Source: an uncultured bacterium
Lineage (GTDB): Bacteria > Fidelibacterota > Marinisomatia > SCGC-AAA003-L08 > JACNLC01
Assembly: GCA_964527215.1 (NCBI GenBank)
Contig: CAZGNZ010000001.1
Location: 193,276-257,275 of the forward strand
Length of the DNA stretch: 64,000 bases
Reading direction: 5' to 3'
How positions within the stretch are numbered: position 1 is the first letter of the stretch; the number at the start of each line of letters is the position of its first letter. The translations under genes and the position numbers were made by a program. The notes beneath the pieces are model-generated. The model saw only the letters and a program-made list of their open reading frames with translations. It was not told the DNA's origin and searched no databases. Shown piece after piece: positions 53,193 through 61,805 of the stretch.

Positions 53193-56105
53193 ATGCGGTT
53201 CTTAATCATATTTTTGGTGTTTTCATTGGCAGCGGCCCAGTTTGACTGGGCGGAAGACGGTGTACCGGTGCGTCAGGGTGACCATATTGAATGGCAGCGC
53301 GGAGGAGATATCGGGGATGCGGATGAAATGATTATCGTCTGGTCCGACACCCGATATGGTGATCGGGATATCTTTGTGCAGAAGATAAACAACCTGGGTG
53401 AAAGGCAGTGGAACATTATGGGTGCACCTGTTGTGATTGCAGAAGGACGGCAGGAAGACCCCATCATCATATCCGACGGAAACGGTGGCTGCTACTGTAT
53501 GTGGGTTGATTATGAAGCCGAACCGGAGGATGGGGACATTTATGGGCAGCATATTAACGCCGACGGCGAGATACAGTGGGATCCCAGAGGGGTTCCGCTG
53601 TCTGTTGAACCCGGGAAACAGGTTGCTCCCAATATGAGCAGCGACGGGGCCGGCGGCGCTTTCGCCATCTGGGATGATAAGAATGCCGCCAATGACGGTC
53701 ATATCTATGCCACTCACATGAGTCCGGCCGGGGTTCTGGCAAGCGGAACCGGGATTCCCATTATCACCAGTGCCGGTGCGCACGGGGCAGTAAGTATCGA
53801 ATCAAGCGGGTCCGGCTATGCCATGCTGGTCTGGGAACAGTGGGGCAATGGAGACTTCACTGATCTGTATGCCCAGCGTATTGACACCAGCTGTGACACC
53901 CAGTGGACCACTCCGGAAGAAGGCGGGATCATGTTCTGCAGCGCTCCCGATTTCCAGTATAAACCCAAAGTGAATGATTTCAACGGTGACGTTTCCGCGG
54001 TTGTCTGGGAAGACCGCCGCAACAACCCGGAATCGGGCGATATTTATATCCAGCTGCTGGATTCCGACGGAAACTCGCTGCTGGCAGCGGACGGAGAACC
54101 GGTATGCGACAATGAGTTTCATCAGTTCGGTGCCCGTGTGAAGGCCGATGATTCCGGAGCATATATTGTGTGGGAAGATAAGCGTTACGGTGATAATTCC
54201 GATATTTATATTCAGCGCTGGACGGTGGCTGACGGAGCGGAGTTTGATGACAATGGGTTTTCGCTGGCATCAATCGGGTTTGGAAAATCTGCTCCGCGTC
54301 TGACAACGGACGGCGAAGGCGGAACATGGGTCGTTTGGGAAGATGAGCGGGAAAACAGTTTCCCGCAGGTTGAAATTTATGTGCAGCACGTGGATGAAAG
54401 CGGAACCATCGCATTTGATGATAACGGCCTGCTTGTCTGTGACGCGGAAAATCTGCAGTTTAACCCGCTGGTGCGTTCCGACGGCAGCGGCGGAGCATTG
54501 GTGTGCTGGGGTGACAAACGGACCGGCAGTATCGGTCTGTACGTACAGCATCTGGATGTGGAAACCGGAATTACGCTTGAGCCCAACGGCATTGAAATTT
54601 ACTACGGGATCGACGGCCATGCCCATAACGGATCATCCGTCTATCTCGGCAATGACCAGGCATTTCTGTTCTGGCAGGATGAACGGGCCGGCAGTGAAAA
54701 TCCCCTGATATACGGCGTGATTGTGGATGAGAATTTTGATGATATTGACAATCAGAACGGCCTCAAGATTTCAGAGAATCCCTATCAGGAGAATCCCAAA
54801 GCCGTCCGTGTCGGCGACAATGTATTCATGAATTTCAAAAGCAAGGATTCCATGGGCACATTTATTCAGTACTACATTGTGCTGGACAATCAGCTGACGG
54901 TCGTGTCCAGCAGCAATCTTGGTGAACCCGTTTACGCCATAAACTGGGCTTTCAATCAGGATTATTCTGTTCAAACGACAGGCAGCGATGATCATGTCTA
55001 TTTTGCCTATTCCGATCTGCGCAACTGGAGCGATTATGATGTGTATGTTCAGAAAATCAATGATCAGGGTGTGCGTCAGTGGGATTCCGAAGCGCTGCTG
55101 CTGGGCGGTACCGACGGAGATGATATCGTCCAGAGCATTGAACCGATGCCTGACGGCGGCTGCGTTGTGGTCTGGCAGGGCGGTCCCTGGGATGATCTGA
55201 ATATTTATGCCAATGCTTTTGACAGCAGCGGCGAACATTTGGACAGCTGGGGCACTGACGGACTGGAGATCTCTGCCGGGACAGGGAATCAGTCGAACGC
55301 TGTCAGCGTCAGTACTGACGACGGCATATTGATTGTCTGGAAGGACACCCGCAACGAAAATGCTGATCTGTTTGGTCAGTTTGTGGATTTTGACGGAAAT
55401 ATTCTGGGTGATGAGGACGGATTTGTCATCGCCGATGCCCTCAATGATCAGCAGAATCCCGCTGTTACCTACAACCCGATGCTGGATGAAGTACTGATCT
55501 GCTGGGAAGATTTTGAAAACGGTCTGGATTTTGACCTCAACTGTCGGACATTCAGTGATGAATATCTTATGCTGGACGATGTATCGGCCATCACGGCAAT
55601 TCCCAATATCAATGAAACCCAGCCGTTTGTGTATACTTCCATGGAAGGTAATTACATGATTGCCTGGGAAGATACCCGAAATACGGGCGGTCTGGTATCG
55701 GATATATTCTACCAGGAATATCAGCAGTTCCCCCAGGAACCGGAGTTTGCGGCCGGCGGAATTCCCATCTGTGACTTTGTGTTCAAACAGGAATCCCCCA
55801 AGATTGACCTGTATGCCGGATCAACCGGTTCGTACATGATTTACTGGGATGACTCCCGAAGTTCAGGTAAGGAAGATCTCATAAATATTTATGCCCAGTC
55901 ACGAACACTGGGTGATCCCTTCTGTCATTCCGGTGATGTGAATTTCGACGGCAGTCTGGACATTCTTGATATTGTATCCATCGTGGGCTATATCCTTGGC
56001 AATATTGAATTTTCTGACAATCAGGTCTGTGCTGCGGATTACAATGCCGACAGCAATGTGGATATTCTGGATATTGTAGGTGCAGTGGCAGAGATTCTGG
56101 AGTAA
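53193..56105 (+). CDS. Secreted ~15-repeat protein (WxDxR...DIYxQ repeats) with C-terminal dockerin-like module
   Basis: Signal peptide MRFLIIFLVFSLAAAQ. Repeats of ~55-60 aa include IIVWSDTRYGDRDIFVQKIN, AVVWEDRRNNPESGDIYIQLLD, YIVWEDKRYGDNSDIYIQRW, WVVWEDERENSFPQVEIYVQHVD, LVCWGDKRTGSIGLYVQHLD, LIVWKDTRNENADLFGQFVD and MIYWDDSRSSGKEDLINIYAQS. The tail is GDVNFDGSLDILDIV...ADYNADSNVDILDIV at 55932..56102. Confidence 0.85.
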   Translation: MRFLIIFLVFSLAAAQFDWAEDGVPVRQGDHIEWQRGGDIGDADEMIIVWSDTRYGDRDIFVQKINNLGERQWNIMGAPVVIAEGRQEDPIIISDGNGGCYCMWVDYEAEPEDGDIYGQHINADGEIQWDPRGVPLSVEPGKQVAPNMSSDGAGGAFAIWDDKNAANDGHIYATHMSPAGVLASGTGIPIITSAGAHGAVSIESSGSGYAMLVWEQWGNGDFTDLYAQRIDTSCDTQWTTPEEGGIMFCSAPDFQYKPKVNDFNGDVSAVVWEDRRNNPESGDIYIQLLDSDGNSLLAADGEPVCDNEFHQFGARVKADDSGAYIVWEDKRYGDNSDIYIQRWTVADGAEFDDNGFSLASIGFGKSAPRLTTDGEGGTWVVWEDERENSFPQVEIYVQHVDESGTIAFDDNGLLVCDAENLQFNPLVRSDGSGGALVCWGDKRTGSIGLYVQHLDVETGITLEPNGIEIYYGIDGHAHNGSSVYLGNDQAFLFWQDERAGSENPLIYGVIVDENFDDIDNQNGLKISENPYQENPKAVRVGDNVFMNFKSKDSMGTFIQYYIVLDNQLTVVSSSNLGEPVYAINWAFNQDYSVQTTGSDDHVYFAYSDLRNWSDYDVYVQKINDQGVRQWDSEALLLGGTDGDDIVQSIEPMPDGGCVVVWQGGPWDDLNIYANAFDSSGEHLDSWGTDGLEISAGTGNQSNAVSVSTDDGILIVWKDTRNENADLFGQFVDFDGNILGDEDGFVIADALNDQQNPAVTYNPMLDEVLICWEDFENGLDFDLNCRTFSDEYLMLDDVSAITAIPNINETQPFVYTSMEGNYMIAWEDTRNTGGLVSDIFYQEYQQFPQEPEFAAGGIPICDFVFKQESPKIDLYAGSTGSYMIYWDDSRSSGKEDLINIYAQSRTLGDPFCHSGDVNFDGSLDILDIVSIVGYILGNIEFSDNQVCAADYNADSNVDILDIVGAVAEILE

Positions 56106-56109
56106 TGTG

Positions 56110-58338
56110 ATGCGTATTCTGTCCATCCTGTTAGCCATCGGATTTCTGTTTGGCGAAAGCCGGCTGATTGACCGTTGGCACACCTACGAGGAGGTTCGGG
56201 ATCAGCTGCTGGCCTGGGATGAGGAATTCGGCAGCAGTACCAGTTCAGTACCGCCGTGGTACAATGACTCCGGAATCATTTATCATCTGGAAACCATTGG
56301 TCATTCTTCATTGGACAGCCTCCCGTTCTGGGGGGTTCGTCTATCCTACAATGCGGATGTGAAAGAGGATGAACCGCGGATTTTAATTCTCGGTCAGTGC
56401 CACGCCGAAGAGATATTCGGTGTGGAATCTGCCATGAAGATGATTGAGATGTTCCTGTATCCCATCCAGGAACTGCAGAATTATATTCTGTATATGGCGC
56501 CGCTGCTTGAGTCCGCGGAAATTTGGATCGTTCCCACCTACAACCCTGAAGGTCTGCAGGTAGTGCATGGATTTGATGATGACGGTGTGTGGATACAGGA
56601 TGAGTCCTACCGAAAGAACAAAAGGGATATCAATCTGAACGGGCTTTTCGATTTTGAAATTGGTATCGGGAATGACAGTGACGGGGTGGACCTGAACCGG
56701 AATTATGATTTCAACTGGATATTCGGAGATGCAGAATGGGTGGTGGATCCCGGCGGTACCGATTACATTTCAAATTATGATTATTATCGGGGACCGGGAC
56801 CTGCGTCCGAACCCGAAATTCAGGCCATGATGGCCTTTGCAAAAGAACAGCAGTTCACCACCTCCATTGCCTACCACAGCTCACGATCCGGAAATGTTTC
56901 GGAGAAGGTGATCTACAGCTGGGAATGGATTGAAGGCGGTAAGTATTCTCCCGATCACACTGTTATTTTTCCCATTGGCGAAACCATTGCAGGCTTGATA
57001 CCCAAAGAAAGCGGCAGCGGTACATACACGCCGGTCACCAGCAAATCCCGCAAGGGGAATGCCCACGACTGGTTTTACACCCAGACCGGATGCATTCAAT
57101 TTTTGATTGAACAGGGGACTTCCAACCTGCAGCCGAATGATCCTGAAATCATAGACGATACGGTGATCCGCAATCTGGCGGGTGCATTCTACATGATGAA
57201 CAGAACGATCGGATTCGGGCAGTATCAGCTGGGTGCCGAATCTTATCAGGTGACGGGTCTCGTCACAGACCTCGACACCGGGCTTCCGGTCGCAGGGGCG
57301 CAGGTACACATCCCTGAACTTTCCGGTCCCATGCTGGAACCGCGCCTGACCAATGAGTTCGGCCGCTACCACCGGCTCCTGACCTACGGAACATATACGA
57401 TTGATGTATCTGCCCGGGGGTATGAACATAATTCCGTATCCGTAACACCCAGCAGCAGTGCGGTATCCCATCGTGACGTTCAATTGGTTCCTTTGGCGCA
57501 GCATATGCTGACAGTCAATATTGATCCGGCGTACGGTGAAGACAGTGCGGCCATGGTGGTTGCCGATGAGTACGGAAGCGATACGCTGACTGTCACCAAC
57601 AGCATCCAGCTGGAGCTCTGGGAGAATGAATACGACATCTACTTCATTGATGAGGGTCTTTTTCCGAAGATGCACCATGTGGTTCTTACCGAAGATCATA
57701 CTCTGGATATCGACCTGAAATGGGCCGGCGTGCTGTGGTCGGAAAGTTTCGAAAACCTGAGCGACTGGACGGCAGACGGGCCGTGGCTCACGGACTGGGA
57801 CATCCTGTCATCACAGGATAATCTGGTTTATGAAGACGGTGCTGATGTCCAATTGACCTATTCAGGCAGCGATCTGACGGACGCAGGCTACCAGCAGTAT
57901 GCCCTTGTTCTGGACTGGCAGTATGAGCTGGAATGGGATTTTGACACTTTGGGAATTTCCGTATCTGCCGGCGGTGCACAGCAGGATCATACCTGGATGG
58001 GGCACAATTGGGAGTTCCATCAGGATTTCAGACCTGTCGAGCTGAGTGATCAGCCGGCGGAAATCAGCATTTGGATCCATCCCGATGAAACCCTTGGCTA
58101 CCGCGGCGTGGATATCGAACAGATGATGATCGTATTTGAACCCGACGGGGAGTGTGTTTTCGGTGATTATAATCAGGACGGCAGCGTAGATGTGTCCGAT
58201 GTAGTGACTCTCCTGAATGACATTCTTGAATATATGCCCATCACAGGCAGTCGTTTCTGCGCAGCGGAGGGAACCGGAGACGGCCGCATTGATATCTTGG
58301 ATCTGGTCTATCTGGTGGCGGTGATACTTGAACTTTAA
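56110..58338 (+). CDS. M14 zinc carboxypeptidase with CarboxypepD_reg-like domain and C-terminal dockerin-like module
   Basis: HxxE as GQCHAEE, DLNRNYDF, SIAYHS and LIEQG (M14 zinc and substrate motifs). VTGLVTDLDTGLPVAGAQVHI...GTYTIDVSARGYE. The tail is GDYNQDGSVDVSDVV...GTGDGRIDILDLV at 58162..58335. The start is set at ATG 56110 (signal peptide MRILSILLAIGFLFG); the ORF opens at 56080. Confidence 0.88.
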   Translation: MRILSILLAIGFLFGESRLIDRWHTYEEVRDQLLAWDEEFGSSTSSVPPWYNDSGIIYHLETIGHSSLDSLPFWGVRLSYNADVKEDEPRILILGQCHAEEIFGVESAMKMIEMFLYPIQELQNYILYMAPLLESAEIWIVPTYNPEGLQVVHGFDDDGVWIQDESYRKNKRDINLNGLFDFEIGIGNDSDGVDLNRNYDFNWIFGDAEWVVDPGGTDYISNYDYYRGPGPASEPEIQAMMAFAKEQQFTTSIAYHSSRSGNVSEKVIYSWEWIEGGKYSPDHTVIFPIGETIAGLIPKESGSGTYTPVTSKSRKGNAHDWFYTQTGCIQFLIEQGTSNLQPNDPEIIDDTVIRNLAGAFYMMNRTIGFGQYQLGAESYQVTGLVTDLDTGLPVAGAQVHIPELSGPMLEPRLTNEFGRYHRLLTYGTYTIDVSARGYEHNSVSVTPSSSAVSHRDVQLVPLAQHMLTVNIDPAYGEDSAAMVVADEYGSDTLTVTNSIQLELWENEYDIYFIDEGLFPKMHHVVLTEDHTLDIDLKWAGVLWSESFENLSDWTADGPWLTDWDILSSQDNLVYEDGADVQLTYSGSDLTDAGYQQYALVLDWQYELEWDFDTLGISVSAGGAQQDHTWMGHNWEFHQDFRPVELSDQPAEISIWIHPDETLGYRGVDIEQMMIVFEPDGECVFGDYNQDGSVDVSDVVTLLNDILEYMPITGSRFCAAEGTGDGRIDILDLVYLVAVILEL

Positions 58339-58351
58339 ACGAAAGCAGGAT

Positions 58352-61225
58352 ATGAAACGTACACACCTAATTCTTACTCTACTATTGGCGGGACTCTGGG
58401 CTTCTGATGCAGTGACGGCACCTCTGACAATGAAGCAGATGTATGGAGAACGGGATGTCCAGTATCAGCGCGGGGAATACCTAATCGTGCTGCCGACCGC
58501 TCAGCTGGAATCACTGCTGGGTGATTTTATCGCATTTAAAAACACTCAGGGGTATGATGTAAACGTCGTCAATCTCGCGGAAGAAGGTGTGACTTCAGGG
58601 CTGGATATGCGGAGTTTTATGCACGGCTACTGGCTGGAGCATCCCATGCTGGAATATGTGCTCCTTGTTGGGGATGTCACCGGTTCATTCGTGATCCCTT
58701 CCACACATATTCAGTCCATTAATGAACCGGAAAATGATGTGACCGATTATGCCTATACCTTTTTCACCGATGATCCGGCGGATGACTCCTACGATGCGCT
58801 GACACCTCACTTTCTCATCGGCAGAATTTCCATTCAGACACCCACTGACCTGATTATGGCGCTGAATAAGACCATACAATATTACACTTTGGAAAACGTG
58901 GTCAATTCGGGTGTGGAGAATTATCTGAACCGGGCACTGCTGGTGGCCGGGAATTACGCCAATAACGAGGGTTATGAAATTCCGCCGTACCAATGGCCGG
59001 TGACACCGGTATGGACATCCCTCTGGCTCATGGAACTGCTTGAGGACTACGGGTATGCCCAGGTGGATACCGCGTTTTTCCATGCCGGGTATCAGGTGCC
59101 GTACAACCCGCTGCTGTTTGAGGCCTGGAACAACGGTGTGGGCGTAGTCACCTACCGTGGCTGGGGCAATTCCCATGGCTGGCACTATCCTGAGTTTCAT
59201 ATTGATTATATTGATGATCTGGAAAACGGCTGGAAACAGCCCATCGTTTTCAGCTGTGTCTGCAACACCGGAGATTTCGGCTCGGAAGAATACGGCGGTC
59301 CGGCCCACTGCTTTGGTGATGAACTGCTGTTTGCCGGTTCACCCGGCACACCCAAAGGGGCCTCCGCAGTCGTGGGACCGTCTGATCTGGATACCGACAC
59401 ACGATACAACAATGTGATTTTCGGTGCCATGTGGGATGCCTTGCTGGACGGTGAAGCCTATGAGCTTGGTGCAGCCCTTTTTGCCGGAAAACAGGCCCTG
59501 ATTGATGAATTCCCGCACCTTTGCTGCGATGTCGAAGACGTGGTGGCCTTTTATCATCACGTGTATGGCGTCATTGGGGACCCCAGCCTGCCGGTGTGGC
59601 TGATGGAACCGGTGGAGATGACAGTGAATCTGGATGAAAACAGTGATTTGCATCAGAGTTTTATCGCAGCCGTGATTCAGGATAATGACGGACAGGCGCT
59701 GAAGGATGTGGTGGGGGCATTGATATATGAGGATGAACTGACTGCCAAGGGCATTTCCAATGATTTGGGTGAGCTGTGGATTGATTTTGCTGATGTTGCA
59801 CCGGGCGGCACCCTGGATCTTTATCTGAACAAACCGCAGTTTTATCAGAAGCATATCAGACTCAATTTTGTGGAAGACGACGGGACGGTTTTCAATCCCA
59901 CGCCCTTTGTTGAATTTGATGTGGTACCGCTGCTTCAATCCGGGGAATCCTGGCTTGTGTCCGGTGAAAGCGCACAGATTGCACTGCAGATTGTCAACGG
60001 CAGTCCCTTTGATTACGAGGATATTCTGGTGCGGGTCATCTCTGACGGCAGCGTCAACGGGCTGTTTTATGATGAAGTATTTTCGATTGATGCCTATCAG
60101 ACCATTGAAACGGGAATTCTGGTGGACGGCATCACTGCCATCCTGCCGCGAGGTACCAGAGTGGATTTTGAAATTGAATTTCTGACCTATCCGAATGAAC
60201 AGCATGCCGGTGATTTTTCCTTCAGCATGATTGTGGGTCCCATTGAGGATACGGACCCTGTCCCTCCGGACGATTACGGCTACTGGGCATACGACAATCT
60301 TGATACCGCATATCCTGAAGCGCCGGTGTACAGCTGGGAAGATATCTCGGAAATCGGAACGGACCTTTATCTTACCGACGACAGTCATGCCTCCGATGTG
60401 GAAATCGGCTTCCCGTTCACATATTATGGTGAAACGTATGAAACCATGACGGTCTGCTCCAACGGCTGGGCATCCTTTGAACCGTGTATGATTGATTATT
60501 TCTGGAATTTCAGCATCCCGATGCCGCTGGGTCCCAGTGCCATGCTGGCTCCCTATTTTGATGATCTGGATGACAACGGGAAAGAGCCGTTTGAAGATTT
60601 GAACGGAAACTACCAGTGGGATGACGGAGAGCCGTACATTGATGTGAATGAAGACGGACAGTACAATGCCGGGGAACCATTCCGCGTGTACACCTGGCAG
60701 GATACGGAAAACGGGCGCTTTATTATCCAGTGGCATGATCTGGCAAACGGGGAACTGGACCATCTCTGTGATGAGGGATACTGTCCCCGGGAAACCTTTC
60801 AGCTGATCCTCTACGATCCGGAAATGTATCCCACCAGGACCGGAGACGGGGAAATTGTTTTTCAGTATTTTGAGATCAATGATGATGATGATGAAAACGG
60901 CAACTATTCGACTGTCGGGATCGAATCACCGGATCAGGAAACCGGTGTACAGTATGTTTTCAATCATCTGTATGCCCCCGGAGCGGTTCAGCTTGAACAG
61001 GGAGTGGCGGTAAAATATACCACTGACGGTCCGCAGGTTTGTCCGCAGGGCGACGTGAATACCGACGGAAGCTTTGATATTCTGGATATCGTGGCCATGG
61101 TGTCCAACATACTCAACGGTGTTCCTGTTTTTGATGAAGTGCAGGCCTGCAGCGCCGATGTGAATGAGGATGGTTCGGTAGATATACTGGACATCGTTCT
61201 GGGTGTGGCCATTATTCTCGGTTAA
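58352..61225 (+). CDS. Peptidase C25-like secreted protein with NIDO-like domain and C-terminal dockerin-like module
   Basis: Signal peptide MKRTHLILTLLLAGLWA. YAYTFFTDD...HFLIGRISI; TYRGWGNSHGW...IVFSCVCNTGDF. IGFPFTYYGETYETMTVCSNGWASF...LAPYFDDLD has an acidic insert (DLNGNYQWDDGEPYIDVNEDGQYNAGEP). The tail is GDVNTDGSFDILDIV...ADVNEDGSVDILDIV at 61049..61222. Confidence 0.8.
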   Translation: MKRTHLILTLLLAGLWASDAVTAPLTMKQMYGERDVQYQRGEYLIVLPTAQLESLLGDFIAFKNTQGYDVNVVNLAEEGVTSGLDMRSFMHGYWLEHPMLEYVLLVGDVTGSFVIPSTHIQSINEPENDVTDYAYTFFTDDPADDSYDALTPHFLIGRISIQTPTDLIMALNKTIQYYTLENVVNSGVENYLNRALLVAGNYANNEGYEIPPYQWPVTPVWTSLWLMELLEDYGYAQVDTAFFHAGYQVPYNPLLFEAWNNGVGVVTYRGWGNSHGWHYPEFHIDYIDDLENGWKQPIVFSCVCNTGDFGSEEYGGPAHCFGDELLFAGSPGTPKGASAVVGPSDLDTDTRYNNVIFGAMWDALLDGEAYELGAALFAGKQALIDEFPHLCCDVEDVVAFYHHVYGVIGDPSLPVWLMEPVEMTVNLDENSDLHQSFIAAVIQDNDGQALKDVVGALIYEDELTAKGISNDLGELWIDFADVAPGGTLDLYLNKPQFYQKHIRLNFVEDDGTVFNPTPFVEFDVVPLLQSGESWLVSGESAQIALQIVNGSPFDYEDILVRVISDGSVNGLFYDEVFSIDAYQTIETGILVDGITAILPRGTRVDFEIEFLTYPNEQHAGDFSFSMIVGPIEDTDPVPPDDYGYWAYDNLDTAYPEAPVYSWEDISEIGTDLYLTDDSHASDVEIGFPFTYYGETYETMTVCSNGWASFEPCMIDYFWNFSIPMPLGPSAMLAPYFDDLDDNGKEPFEDLNGNYQWDDGEPYIDVNEDGQYNAGEPFRVYTWQDTENGRFIIQWHDLANGELDHLCDEGYCPRETFQLILYDPEMYPTRTGDGEIVFQYFEINDDDDENGNYSTVGIESPDQETGVQYVFNHLYAPGAVQLEQGVAVKYTTDGPQVCPQGDVNTDGSFDILDIVAMVSNILNGVPVFDEVQACSADVNEDGSVDILDIVLGVAIILG

Positions 61226-61247
61226 ATCTTGACAGAGTGAAATCCCG

Positions 61248-61703
61248 GTGAAGAAACGTTTCTATGAAGATGGACTGCGTTTCGAGTGCACCGGATGTGG
61301 TGATTGCTGCCGCTTCTCAGAAGCGGCAGTTTTTGTTACGGATGAGGAAGTCCGTGCGATCGCCGGATTTTTGGAAATGACTGAAGAGAAATTCCGCAGC
61401 CGGTATGTGGATCCGGATAAGACACCTCAGCAACTGAATAATCCAACCGAAGACTGCATATTTTTGAATACGGATACAATGAAATGCCGGATATACGATG
61501 TTCGTCCCAGTCAGTGCCGCACCTTCCCGTTCTGGGGAGAGATTATTAAATCAAAATACCGCTGGAAATATATCAAAACCCAGTGCAAAGGGGTGGATCA
61601 GGGACGGTTGTACACGTACGAGGAAATTCGGAATATTGCCCGAAACCGGATGGACACAGGGCCCGGTCCCGTCGAACCTTCAGAACCGCCAGAGGAAGAA
61701 TAG
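61248..61703 (+). CDS. YkgJ-family Cys-cluster (CxxCxxCC) protein
   Basis: FECTGCGDCCRF plus the later CIFL...C...C pattern. GTG start. Confidence 0.7.
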   Translation: MKKRFYEDGLRFECTGCGDCCRFSEAAVFVTDEEVRAIAGFLEMTEEKFRSRYVDPDKTPQQLNNPTEDCIFLNTDTMKCRIYDVRPSQCRTFPFWGEIIKSKYRWKYIKTQCKGVDQGRLYTYEEIRNIARNRMDTGPGPVEPSEPPEEE

Positions 61704-61805
61704 AGATGGCCGTTATCCGGATGGCATGCCGGCAGCACCGATAATTCGGCTCATTCAGCGGATTAAACCGCCGACGCGCAACCGCTGATGGCATGTCTTC
61801 TTCTT

